From: Eledone cirrhosa
Lineage: Eukaryota
Direction: 5' to 3'
DNA: 64,000 nucleotides
Assembly (NCBI GenBank): GCA_964016885.1
Contig: OZ024745.1
Coordinates: forward strand, 19,840,001-19,904,000
The notes under the pieces are model-generated. The model saw only the letters and a program-made list of their open reading frames with translations, made no database searches and was not told the origin of the DNA. The position numbers and the translations under genes were made by a program. Positions 24,295 through 37,589 of this stretch are shown one piece after another (position 1 is the first letter of the stretch; each line of letters opens with the position of its first letter).

Positions 24295-24324
24295 ATCATA
24301 CGTTTCTGTGACATCTTCAGTGAT
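24295..24324 (-). ncRNA. Ultra-minimal hammerhead motif
   Basis: atca-CTGAAGA-tgtcaca-GAAA-cg-TA-tgat. Confidence 0.55.
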
Positions 24325-24481
24325 TATCTATTTATATATAACTATACTCTATCCATATTATTCCTATCCTTTTGCGGGGCACAGGCATTTATAATTTTCC
24401 AACAAAAATGACTAATTTCCTGACAAAAGTTTTTCTGCACACCAATCATCATTATGAATTCGTTATTCATTATTGTATTGT

Positions 24482-24665
24482 GGATTGGCAGTATCGGTAG
24501 AGGGTCGGACGCCATGCTTTCCAGCATAGTTACGTCCCTTTACGTTCTGAGTTCAAATCCCGCCGAGGTTGACTTTGCCTTTCATCCTTACGGGGTCGAT
24601 AAAATAAAGTACCAGTAATGCACTGGGTAATTGCTGGCCTTGTGCCTAAAGTAGAAACAATTATT
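24482..24665 (+). mobile_element. SINE family A with TSD attattgtattgt
   Basis: A and B boxes, family A core, and a duplicated flank. Confidence 0.88.
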
Positions 24666-25770
24666 GTATTGTGTAATTAAAATAAGCGAGAAAAGTATAC
24701 AATATATTTTGCAAATTTAAGAATTTTCTGCCAAAATGAAAATTTCCAACAAGTTTTTGAGGAGTACAGTTTCACCACCATGCACCCCAGCACCCGGCAC
24801 TGACTCTGTCTATACACTAAACTTAAATACATGAAAAACAAATTAGAATTTGTTTTTTTGCTCTTACATAGCAGATATGTAAATGCCTTTGTGATATCAA
24901 ATAATAATAATATTCAATTCGTTTACAAGCAAACAGCCTCATTACACTATGTTTTTTTAAATGACCATCACGATCCTTTTGTTCTAGTGGTGACAGAGAG
25001 AAAAATCGACAATAATATTATTTCTGAGTTATTGCCCTTTGTCAAGACTGTGTATCTCTCATAGCATAATGCGGCTGTTTGCTTGCAGATGAAACTAATA
25101 TTATTATTATTCAATATAAAACTCACAAATGCATTTAAATACATTACTTCTTGAGATTTTTTAAAAATTGTAATTTTTATTAGCTTAAAATGTCTGCCTT
25201 GCTCAGACTATAGTAAGTACAATATTGCTTTTAGAAAAAAAATGTGAGCCATACTGAATACTAAATAGATCAGACATGTGATTTGGGGTTTGTTTCTACT
25301 AAATGGCACACCAAACCTTCTATTCTTCTAATATAGCCTTGGGTTGACCAATACCTTGTGAGCTAGAATCTCTGGATTGAAATTATAAACAATGTTTTAG
25401 TATTATATTTTTGATCCAGGTGATAGTGTCTTATTAGTTCTTCTGACAATTGGCCATGTTTCTAAAGAAACAAAACCACCCATTTTAAAGGATTCATATT
25501 TCAACATAATTTTATATAACAACCTTTTGTTATGTTACAAATAATAAAATATTTATTTTAGTAAATCCCGCTGCTTCATTCTTCGTTAATTAATTCAAAT
25601 CTCGCTGTATTTTATATGGTGATGAAAGGGTGATGAAAGGGTTAAGAAAATATGCATTTCTATTTAAAAGGGATAAGGCAGATAAAGTGAGAATATTGAT
25701 GAAGCTAAGTTGCTGAAGGATCAATAATCTAGGAGACTTATCTGGAATTATATGCCAGTCTAATCTAATC

Positions 25771-26050
25771 TAGGGTCTTCTCACTATTGTTGTAGGAACC
25801 CCTTCCTGGTTGACCTCCATCCAATCCAGGGTCTTCTCACTATTGTTGTAGAAACCCCTTCCTGGTTGACCTCCATCCAAAGGAATACAGGGTCTTTTCA
25901 CTGTTGTTGTAGGAACCCCTTCCTGGTTGGCCTCCATCCAGTCCAGGGTCTTCTCACTAGTGTTGTAGGAACCCCTTCCTGGTTGACCTCCATCCAATGG
26001 AATACAGGGTCTTTTCACTGTTGTTGTAGGAACCCCTTCCTGGTTGGCAT
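25771..26050. repeat. Tandem repeat, ~5 units of 55-62 bp
   Basis: Unit agggtcttctcactattgttgtaggaaccccttcctggttgacctccatccaa, in alternating length variants. Confidence 0.88.
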
Positions 26051-26401
26051 CTGCCAATTTCTGTTTGGTTTTGGTCATGTCAGAGGTGTAGCCATACTCA
26101 CCACCCTAGGCCAATTGTGGGTTAGTGAAGCTATTTGACCCATAGTAGGGGTGAATGGCCGTTGACTCCGAGGAGTTCATCAACTCTTGAATTACATGAT
26201 GGTGTAGGAAATGAAAGTCAGTGTAACAGATAATTAGTTTAGCTAATTAACACCAACTTAATCAAATTGAAGCTAAGTCTTCATGTCTTCTCACTAATTG
26301 TTTCTGCAGTCAACATCTTTAACTCATAACATCCTGTAAGACATCAAACCACTTCTTCAAAGTGTAAAACAACACATTGTATCATGAAAATGCAATGTAT
26401 G

Positions 26402-26435
<34 letters not shown>

Positions 26436-26467
26436 TGTATGTATGTATGTATGTATGTATGTATCTG

Positions 26468-26499
<32 letters not shown>

Positions 26500-26687
26500 T
26501 GTATGTGTGTATGTGTGTATGTATGTATGTGTGTGTGTGTATGTATGTATCAAACGACATGCAAAAGTACATGAACTCCAACCACAGCCAGCTATTCCCA
26601 GTGAATGTTTTGGTTGCCGACTCTGTGCAAGACATTTTAGATCATTGGCTGGGCTAAAAAGCCACATTCGATTACAGCACTGTTTAT

Positions 26688-26985
26688 TAATAATAATAAT
26701 AATGAAATTATTGTGTAAAGTGCTCAGGTGCACTACAACTCGTCAAAGGTGCATGTATAGTACATAGAATAATATACAAATGTCGGGGAAGTGAATAGTG
26801 TATGAGTCATGATATACATGTGTGTATGTGTATGGAGGGGAATTATTAGGTGTAGTGTTGGTGAATCTCAGGAAGCATAGAGATTTTAAAAGATGCAGTC
26901 TCGACAGCTAATAACTGGTGCAGGGAGTTTGTTCCATGCTTCAGCCACTCTGAGCGTAAAAAAATGTTTCCGAAAGTCTTGTGAA
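26688..26985 (-). mobile_element. CR1/L2 3' end, same family as 1-1890; a second piece lies at ~27190-27400
   Basis: Reverse complement of gagttgtagtgcacctgagcac, a (TAA)n tail, and FRKHFFTLRVAEAWNKLP coding. Confidence 0.85.
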
Positions 26986-27445
26986 GGCTATGGGCATAGC
27001 CCTTTTCTCCATATAGATAAGTAAAACAAATTTTTTTTATTTAGAAATTGCAAAATCCTGATCAAATTTAGACACAGTGAGACAATCAGTGGTGTGTATG
27101 TCTGTGTCTAGTCTAAAGAAAAACATTTTAACCCTTTAGCATTTAAACTGGATATAGCCAGCCAGGATCTCTCAGCCCTTTCTAAAATAATATAATAATA
27201 ATAATAAGGAAAATGATTGTGTACAGTGCTCAGGTGCACTACAACTCATCAAAGGTGCATGTATAGTACATAGAATAATGTATAAATGTCAGGAAAGGGA
27301 ACAGTGTATGAGTCATGATATACACACAGACACATACGTGCGTGTGTATGGAGGAGGAATATCAGGTGTAGGGTTGGCGAATTTCGGGTATCATGGAAGG
27401 TTCTGTTCAAAATGGCCATGATTGGTTGCTCATACTGTCATTTAA

Positions 27446-27792
27446 CCCTTTAGCATTTAAACCGTCCATATCCGGCCAGACCTCTCTCACTTCTTTCTGT
27501 TCAAACTGGCTGTAACTGGCCACTCATACTAACATTAAGGTATTATTCTCAAAATAAACATCATCAAAATCTCATAGATTTGATATTATGTGAGATAATG
27601 ATGTAAGGTAAAGCCACAAAAATACAATATTATATATAAAATAATTGTTTCTACTGTTGGCACAAGGCCAGCAATTATTCCAGTGCATTACTGGTACTTT
27701 ATTTTATCGACCTTGTAAGGATGAAAGGCAAAGTTAACCTCGGCGGGATTTGAACTCAGACCATAAAGGAAAATAATGTAAATGCTAAAGGG
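27446..27792. mobile_element. piggyBac-type MITE containing a SINE A insertion (minus strand, ~27642-27770)
   Basis: TTAA|ccctttagcatt ... aatgctaaaggg|TTAA. A further left end lies at 27132. Confidence 0.65.
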
Positions 27793-28584
27793 TTAACTAT
27801 TGTTCTCAAAATAATTATGATCAAAATCTCGTAAGTTTGATATTATGTTAGATAATTATGTAAGATAAAACCTTTATTGTGAAAATACAATAGTAAAAGA
27901 GAGTAATATAAGTGTTAGAGTTAAGACTTCTTCCAAATCTGGGGGTTCATCAGACTGGTGCTTATTTTGATTTCATCAACATTGAGCAACTGAGAACACA
28001 GTCCATCACAAGGTTAAGCCCCAGTTATTACTGGTATTCATTTTTAGCTGAGTTGACTAGAACAATGTGAAATGAAATGTTTGGCTCAAGAACACAACTC
28101 ACCACCCAATTGTGGGGTAACCATCTGTACATGATGATGATGATCATCATCATCATTGCAATCATAGTCTGTACTTGATAGACTTTCAAAAAGTTACCAG
28201 GAAGTACTTGTGAGTGAGCTTTGAGAACAAAATTTGTTTGTTTAGTGTTTCAGTTATAATTAGGCTCAAGTATTTAGTGTGGGTTATAGCAATTGTCAAG
28301 ATTAACCACATTTCCAACTGATTTTAAGACAATCCCAGCAACACACTAATTTGGATGGTTATTTTTTATTTGTCTTATTTTCTTGTTAGGAAGTAGTGTA
28401 TAAGTTAACTAGATATTACTAATATTTTTTCTCTAGTTTATTTTTTTCATATAAATTGTGTTTTATTTGTTTGTATAATTATATGAAATAAAATCAGTCA
28501 TATCCCACTTTGACAATAGATAATGTTTTGTATAGAATGATATGATTTTTTTTTTTTTTTTAAATATATAATATGAGTTTGAGA

Positions 28585-28652
<68 letters not shown>

Positions 28653-28655
28653 TCA

Positions 28656-28711
<56 letters not shown>

Positions 28712-29959
28712 GTTGGCTACAAAAATACAATATTAAATATAGAGTAATATAAATGCCAAAGGATTAAAAACAGAAAAAGATGTTGCCATTGGCCATTACA
28801 AGGCAACTTCTTTTTTTGTTTCTAAGGGTGTTTATCATATTTTATAGTATCTCCACACATGAACACACTATTCTTTATATTATATATATCACATGATAAA
28901 CATGCCCAGTACACTCTGTAGTTGGCGATAGGAAGGCATCCAACCATAGAAAACCTGCCAAACAAAGGGTTAGTAAAACTCTTCAGCTATGTCAAAGACA
29001 TGACAACTTCCCTAGTATTGGTACCATAATAAAATACCCTATGAATTAATGGGAGAAACCAAACATTGTATTCTCTGTGCAAGCTTATCAAACATTTGTC
29101 AGTTTTACAGTGCTACTACTGCTTACAGCTTAAAATACTCAGCTTTACTAGATTGTAGTTCCTACTAAACCATGAAGCATACAGGTTTCTGAGCCAGATA
29201 TTGGGACACCGATTTGTAACTCTTCAACTAGCAGCCTATCAAGTCACCCACCCATGACACACACACACTCACTCACAAACACACTCACACACAAATACCC
29301 ATACAAACATACACATTGCTCCTATTATTAAAAACATGTATATCATTCTATACAAAACATTATCTATTGTCAAAGTGGGATATGACTGATTTTATTTCAT
29401 ATAATTATACAAACAAAACACAATTTCTATGAAAAAAATAAACTAGAGAAAAAATATTGGAGAAAGCATGCACAGTAAAGCACATGCTACAACAAAGTGT
29501 GCTAGAGTTTCCCGCTAATAATTTCTGAGGCAAACCAACACACACCAGCATTACCGTGGGTGATAGTGAGTCTAAGATGTTGGAATAACCAAGTACACTT
29601 GCTGGCATCACTTGATATGACAGTAAGTTGAGCAGACAACGATAAGAACTTAACTGTCGGCAGTTCAGCTCCTGTTTCATCCATACCGTGGGGCAGGAAT
29701 CATCAGAGCTTTATAAACAAAAATATAGTGCTGAGTATAAGCTCTATCAAGCTTAGTCACCAGAACAGTAGATATACAGTACAGGATAACAAGAGGGAGA
29801 TTGGAAATGGGAAGGATGGAGAGAATGTATAATGGGGTTGTTATTCAACATTACAGCTACATATGAGGATATAGGCAGATTTTCTCACAAGAGACGGAGG
29901 CACATGAGGGCACACAGAAACAAATAAAGCATTTAAAGATAGTTAAACAAATATTATAA

Positions 29960-30318
29960 CTAGCTGACGTACCCAGCTTCGCCCGCGTAAACAGATGATA
30001 AGAGAAGACAGGTAAAAGAGAAAATGACTGTATTGGATGTTTGTCTGGTTACAGTATGAGGCGAGTCCGTGGTGTCTGTGTGATACAAAAAACAGTATAA
30101 AAAATCTTCCGGATATACCAGATTCTTCGTTGTACCGTTTGTGCATGGTATATGAACAATTCTAGGTGCTCCCACCTAGAATAGTGACCTCTAGGAGATG
30201 GTTCATCTTCTGCCTGACTGTAAAATGTGTATCATTGCATAGACGTGGTTGTTCCACGTTTCTCAAAAGGATGATGGAAGTTCCAATCTTTTATATTATA
30301 GGTAGATATAGGTATAGA
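29960..30318 (-). mobile_element. Non-autonomous Helitron
   Basis: Minus strand starts a|TCta..tataatataaaag and ends acgcgggcgaagctgggtacgtcagCTAG|t. Confidence 0.6.
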
Positions 30319-31289
30319 TAATTAATATAAAAGATGTCTGTCAATGTAAAAAAGGTCCCTATTTACTCCCTTCACAACTCTCTGTATGTTAGACCGACAG
30401 ACAGGCACACAGACAGATAAACTGCGTGGCGATTGTGGGATGCCGCATGTACACACACATACACGCATGGAAACGCGCAGACGCACGCAAACTTACACAC
30501 ATGCACACACTCACACATGTTGATAGTTTTTACTTTCTGTGGAACGCTGCATGCACGCACACACAGATAAACTTACGCGCACGTACATACACACGCACAC
30601 ATGTTAATAGTTATTGCTTTCCACACACATCACACACACACATGTCTCTACACTGACACATATACATAGTGTTCACTTTGACTCTCTCTCCCCTCTCACT
30701 CCCTCATTGGCATTATACATATTAATTTAAGTTTGGCGTCGTTGAGGTGGGCGGAGTCGTTTGACACCTATGAACCAATGATAATCGAGAATTATGACAC
30801 ACGGAATAATGACATTGTTGAAATTAATATATAGATAATGAAGTAAAAGAAAAATAATAATATAAAAAGGTAAATAAATAATTAAAACATTAAAGAAAAA
30901 AAAAACGCGGGGGGGGGGGATACGAACTAAGGCATGTGAAAGCACACAAAAGCAACAGAGGAAGTTATGCATTGGTCACTATATAGAACAGGTGATTTAG
31001 TTTCCAATGACATAGAAATACTAAGAGACCCCTAAGGTACCTTCAGAAAGTCCAAAGGGGATTTTATTCCTCCCCATAGTATACATAATCAGGGTATACC
31101 TGTAGGTTACGGAACTACATGGATCAGGAATACTAAACCTGCACATAGACAGGCACCACATCAATACAAGCCAAACACAGACAAAGCGGGGTTAATGCAT
31201 GATCAAGCTGAAGCAAATAATACACAACAAATATTTAGTTTAGTCCCTGTATAAGGCACATCTGGTGAGGAGTCACAACATATGTATAT

Positions 31290-34034
31290 TAGAGTGTGAC
31301 ATAAAAAGCAATTATAAATGCCTAAATTGGTAAAATAAAACATATTTTGTATAAAATAAATGATTTTGAGCCTTGCCTATATCATGGTGATTATAGTGGA
31401 AAGTGTGATTATGTTGCATGAAATCATGAAAATGTGAAACCAAATATGAGCATACAATAATTGTTTATTTTATTAATCCATTATATTTAGTAAACCAGCT
31501 TTGAATATAAAGGTGTACAAGGCAGAAACAAGTTCAGTTAAGCTAACTCTAGTCATATTTTTTTCAGAAGTTTCTTTTTTGACATCCAGGACCTTGCGAC
31601 GATGAGCTTCGACTACTTGAAGAACACACTGCTTCTCCTCCTCATTCTTGATGATGGCAACAAAATCAGTTATCAACTTGACTGTTCTCTCTGCCAGATC
31701 GTTGACTACCTTGATATTGTGAACAACAGCACAGGCATTCTGATATGACGCTTGTGATGACCAAGTTGCAGGTGACAGCTCAAGCCAAGTGTCGTCGAGA
31801 CCAAGGAGATCGAACAGAAGCCTTGATTTCTTCCCAACTAGATGAGGCAGCTTCGTGGACGACTTCAACTTGGGAAATACTGGAGCACCACGGTCAAGAG
31901 GCCCAGACGTTTTCGTTTTGACAAGACGTTGGGCTATTTGTTTCTTCTTGGATTCTTGGACCCGACTTGAAAACAGCGCTAGCAGAATGGCTTCCTCCGT
32001 CAGGTACCAAAGATGCCTGCTCAGAGCAGTAGTGGCTGCCTGCGAGAGATCTCTGTCAACCTTACTGTACTGTGTCAACTCCACGTAGAATTGAAGGTCA
32101 TTGCCTGGTGCATCAGCACACTTGACTGCTGTCAGCCAGTATCGCACGTAGAACAGAGCATTGAACATACAGATCTGATGCAACTTTTCCATTTTGTTTG
32201 ATTGTAATTGAGTCGCTCACCAAATGCATACATATTTGCACTATAGATGATTGTGGACATCCACCGAGCGTTATGATGTGCACCAGGCAGCATCCAATGA
32301 ATTCCACGAGGAAGGGTGACACCAAGCAAGATCAACATCAACTCGGCACATTCTCGGTAGTCGTCCCATGGAAGAGAACTCATTTTCCCATCGTCAGATG
32401 TCAGCAAATCTTGGAGGAGCTTGATGTTCTCAGAACACAGACGCTTGAGTCTCCGGTTGACAATGTTCAATGTTTTAAAGTTGGTCTTGTCCGTGAGAGA
32501 CACCCAATCTTTTTTGAACTCCTTGAACTCTGGGGTGTCTGGACTGGACATTGCTCCGAATAGTTGTTGCCATACTGCACACAAGATACGCTCAATGACA
32601 TGGTGACGACAAGCAAAATAAAACACCTTTTTGTTGAGCATCTCTTCTAGTTTCACGCAGGCACCATTTTTCCATCAAGAATTCGAAGCAGTTGTGTCGA
32701 AGACCAAGCCCACCACAGACCCATCAACATTCCAATCTTTAACAAGATCAAATGATGCTTTGGCTTGGGTGGTTCCAGTGCCATCAGGAATTATGGGAAC
32801 ACCGAGGAGTTTACCTTCTCTGAAGTTCGGAGTTCCAGCAACTAGCACACCTAGCCTCTCGTGGTCAACAGGAATTATTTTGCCATCCCAATGCAAGGTA
32901 ACAAAGTCTGGTACAGCAAATTGTTCCTTTATGTGTTCAGCCCCCACAGTTCTGATCTTCTTAGCTGCACGCCTGCTACTATTCTTGGAGAGAGTTGTGG
33001 CGTCTATGTCAGTCCCACCCTCAGAAATAATCGATGCCATAAATGCTATTCGCTGGCCCAGTGTCAGGTTTAAAGGATCAGCCGTTAGAGAAATTTTTTG
33101 ACTTTGAAATGGATTCTTTGGGAGTTCCAGCTGGATTTTTCGTTTCTTGTCTGACTTTGAGCTGTCTCTGGGTGGGTTTGAGGCCTGAAATTCAGGATCC
33201 TGTTCATCTTCAGTTTCATCATTGGTTGAACTTGAATCACTCAGTTCATTGTGCTGCTACAGATCCTGACAAACGCTTTCTATGGTTCTCTGACTCTCGA
33301 CGAGCCACAGAAACCTGATCACGCTTAAACTTTGAAGATACTTTTTTCTGGTAACCCTTGTCTTCAGCACCTAGAGATACTTTTTTTCTGGCAACGCAGG
33401 GCTTCAAGAAATGTAGCATCTTCCATTTTCTGTTCAATATTACGAAGACGGTCTTTCAAAATTTTCTTTTCAGCATCAGTATGTCCAATGTAGAAATACG
33501 AATCCAATTCAGAAATAAATAATGCTTCCTTTTCTTTGTTTGACTTAGAACCTTTGTTTTTTTGTAAATTTTTGTATTCACTGTACATGGTCATAATTTT
33601 CAGTTTCACTTTGTCTTTTCGTTGAGTCGCCACATCAGCTTTTCCCCCACAGACTAACTACTTCTATCACAAGCCTATCCGCAATAGCACCATTGAAGCT
33701 CACATGCTTTTCGTGTTTCATAGGACCATCTTACAGGTAGAAGAAATATCTTAGAACATCCCCCTTTGTTGGTATTTTGTTTGGTGAAAAGGATGTAACA
33801 TATTGCCCCAGGAGCCATATTTCTCGATCCTCACAACGGAGCGAGTAGCTACAACTAGGCCCACTGGTTTCCGCCATTATTCTGCCAATTTGCGACTATT
33901 AGACAAGGCTTAAATTAGTCTGAAATAATCAAAATTACATTATAAACTGATAATATACAAATGGCATGAGAAAATACATAGGGAGCTAAGAAAAAAACAC
34001 TTTTGTGTAAAATGTAGGATTCTGGAACACCCTA
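31290..34034 (-). mobile_element. hAT-superfamily (hATm-like) DNA transposon with frameshifted transposase
   Basis: Termini TAGAGTGT...ACACCCTA and an exact 8-bp TSD ATGTATAT (31282-31289 and 34035-34042). Motifs LHWDGK, FDTTASN, ACRHHVIE, HHNARWM, HLWYL and VVNDLAER. Confidence 0.88.
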
Positions 34035-34085
34035 ATGTATATCAACCGTAGATGGTAATCCAATCGGTTTCATATGCCCCGATTG

Positions 34086-34130
<45 letters not shown>

Positions 34131-34542
34131 ATATATATGTATGTATATATATATATATTTGCATGTAGATATAATTGTATGGGATGTGGTGAAGGCATGA
34201 GGGAATGGGAATCTAATTAAATTTTATTAATAAACACAGAAAACAGATGATATAAAGTCACTTTTCTGATATTTCTGGCAAGTAGTTTGCAATATTTGGT
34301 TATAAAGCTTTAGATTGACCAAATGCCATTTTGTAAGTACTTTCTTGATGGTAAATCAATAATTTTCTCTTTGCTACCTTTTTCTTATTCTTTTCATTCC
34401 TAATAATTACTTTAGAGAGCCAGTGAAATTAAAATATTTTCCGTATTATCATACATATTTATATAAATCAACGGCAAAACCTATAAGGTTAAAGGTTTTA
34501 TTTTGTTAGAAATTTTGTGTCTATCAGTTTATTTTAATTGCT

Positions 34543-34688
<146 letters not shown>

Positions 34689-34758
34689 GTAAACAGAAAT
34701 AACAAAACAAACAATGAAGAAATATATTAGTTTAATACTTGAAATAATAGGAAAAGAG

Positions 34759-34793
34759 CCTTAACATTTCAGACACTAGTCCTTCACCAGAAG
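34759..34793 (-). ncRNA. Degenerate hammerhead motif
   Basis: ctt-CTGGTGA-a-ggac-tagt-gtct-GAAA-tgt-TA-agg. Confidence 0.4.
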
Positions 34794-35409
34794 ATAGAAT
34801 GAAAAATAAAAGATAGGGACCACCAGACGATAGTTCATGTCAATCTATAAAAAGTTTACTTTAGATTCATGAAAGCTAGATATAGCAGGGAAAATGGATG
34901 TTAAATGATGATGATATGATGTACTTCTGAATAGTTCTGTCAACCAAATTTACTTACAAGGCATTAATCAACATTTTCCAAAGTGGTGATTCAATAGGAT
35001 AGGACCAGAAAGTTTATAATCTTAGCTAATCAGCCAAGTCTGCTCCTTGAATAGAATGTAGAATTATATAGCAACCCCAGAACATGACTGGTACTTTATT
35101 TTATTGATGACTGTAGAATGAACAACAAAGTTAATCTCAATAAGATAAGGATGTATATAGTTGTAACTAAATGCTACCGAAATTCTCTAACAATCCCTGC
35201 TAATCTACCAACAAGATCGTAACTGTAACACATCGTGTATTTACATCAGACGTCATCATTTCCAGCCTTCATCAATTTATAACACTCAACACAAGTATTA
35301 TTCATTCCTATTAAATGTCAATTACCAGCGAAGCAGCCATTCCTGAATATATTACAACAAAATTTCAGTTGATCTTCTACTAACTATCTTAACTCAAGTA
35401 TTCATTCTT

Positions 35410-37045
35410 TCATCATCACCATCACCATCACCATCACCATCATCATCATCATCACCTTCATCATCACTATCATTGTCGTTATCATCATCATCATTGTCAC
35501 TGTCGTTATCATCATTTGTTTGTACTCATATGTGTTAGATGAGTCTTCTCCAGTACAGCATCTCTCCACATGCTTCTATCTTTTGTTGACTCCTTTTATA
35601 AGGTTCCGCATCATAAGATCAGCTTTCACCACCTCTACCCAGATCTACCCTGGTCGTCCCCCTTTCACCACCTCTACCCAGATCTACCCTGGTCGTCCCC
35701 CTTTCACCACCTCTACCCAGGTCGTCCCCCTTTCACCACCTCTACCCAGATCTACCCTGGTCGTCCCCCTTTCACCACCTCTACCCAGATCTACCCTGGT
35801 CGTCCCCCTTTCACCACCTCTACCCAGATCTACCCTGGTCGTCCCCCTTTCACCACCTCTACCCAGGTCGTCCCCCTTTCACCACCTCTACCCAGATCTA
35901 CCCTGGTCGTCCCCCTTTCACCACCTCTACCCAGATCTACCCTGGTCGTCCCCCTTTCACCACCTCTACCCAGATCTACCCTGGACATCCCCCTTTCATC
36001 ACCTCTACCCAGATCTACCCTGGTCGTCCCCCTTTCACCACCTCTACCCAGGTCGTCCCCCTTTCACCACCTCTACCCAGATCTACCCTGGACATCCCCC
36101 TTTCACCACCTCTACCCAGATCTACCCTGGTCGTCCCCCTTTCACCACCTCTACCCAGATCTACCCTGGTCGTCCCCCTTTCACCACCTCTACCCAGATC
36201 TACCCTGGTCGTCCCCCTTTCACCACCTCTACCCAGGTCGTCCCCCTTTCACCACCTCTACCCAGATCTACCCTGGTCGTCCCCCTTTCACCACCTCTAC
36301 CCAGATCTACCCTGGACATCCCCCTTTCATCACCTCTACCCAGATCTACCCTGGTCGTCCCCCTTTCACCACCTCTACCCAGGTCGTCCCCCTTTCACCA
36401 CCTCTACCCAGATCTACCCTGGACATCCCCCTTTCACCACCTCTACCCAGATCTACCCTGGTCGTCCCCCTTTCACCACCTCTACCCAGATCTACCCTGG
36501 TCGTCCCCCTTTCACCACCTCTACCCAGATCTACCCTGGACATCCCCCTTTCATCACCTCTACCCAGATCTACCCTGGTCGTCCCCCTTTCACCACCTCT
36601 ACCCAGGTCGTCCCCCTTTCACCACCTCTACCCAGATCTACCCTGGTCGTCCCCCTTTCACTACCTCTACCCAGATCTACCCTGGTCGTCCCCCTTTCAC
36701 CACCTCTACCCAGATCTACCCTGGCCGTCCCCCTTTCACCACTTCTACCCAGATCTTCCCTGGCCGTCCCCCTTTTACCACCTCTACCCAGATCAACCCT
36801 GGCCATCCCCCCTTTACCACCTCTACCCAGATCTACCCTGGTCGTCCCCCTTTTACCACCTCTACCCAGATCTACCCTGGCCGTCCCCCTTTTACCACCT
36901 CTACCCAGATCTACCCTGGCCGTCCCCCTTTTACCACCTCTTCCAAGATCTCTCCCCTTTCACCACCTCTACCCAGATCTTTCCTGGTCGTCCCCCTTCA
37001 CCACTTCTACCCATATCTACCCTGGTCTTTCCCTTTCACTACCTA
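35410..37045 (-). repeat. 39-bp minisatellite (with 29-bp variants) amplified inside an RTE 3' end
   Basis: Unit ctttcaccacctctacccagatctaccctggtcgtcccc over ~35623-37040. The flank continues as RTE C-terminal coding and a (GAT)n tail on the minus strand. Confidence 0.88.
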
Positions 37046-37356
37046 TATATATCAGGATAGAACCAGTTTAAAACTAATTAGGCCACTACTCAACAGAGTA
37101 CTCAATACTTGAGGTAGTAGAATATGGCTATATTATAACGAGACCGGACCTGACACTGTATGCTCAATTAAAAGCATACAGTGTATTGCAAAATACACTA
37201 TATATACATTCATATATATATAGCTATTTCAGAGCACCAATTCTAATTTTCAATTTCTGCTTGACTTCAACCGCTCTGTATAATCAGTTCCTGATTATTA
37301 CTAGAATTCTATAAGAATCAAACATTCATGATTTTCAGCAAACAGGCAGAGTACTT

Positions 37357-37401
37357 AGCTTTGATAAGCACCAAAAAGTGTGAAACAGAGCTCTGTCAGC
37401 T
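37357..37401 (+). ncRNA. Hammerhead motif with decayed core and long outer stem
   Basis: agct-TTGATAA-gcac-caaaaa-gtgt-GAAA-cagagctctg-TC-agct, enclosed by ttttcagcaaacagg / cctgtttgctgaaaa. Confidence 0.6.
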
Positions 37402-37589
37402 TTATCTCCCCCTGTTTGCTGAAAATTAAAGTGAGACTGTCACTACTCTAAAACAATAGCGTAAGGTCTTCGAAATGCTTTTAATTAAGCATACAGTGTA
37501 TTGCAAAATACACTATATATACATTCATATATATATCGCTATTTCAGAGCACCAATTCTAATTTTATATATATATATATACATATACAT

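Noticed and set aside
30320-30970. Second Helitron-like element next to 29960-30318
   Set aside because: No identifiable CTAG end or subterminal hairpin.
35520-37112. 530-aa and 496-aa Pro-rich ORFs as genes
   Set aside because: They are translations of a stop-free minisatellite on the antisense strand of an RTE relic.
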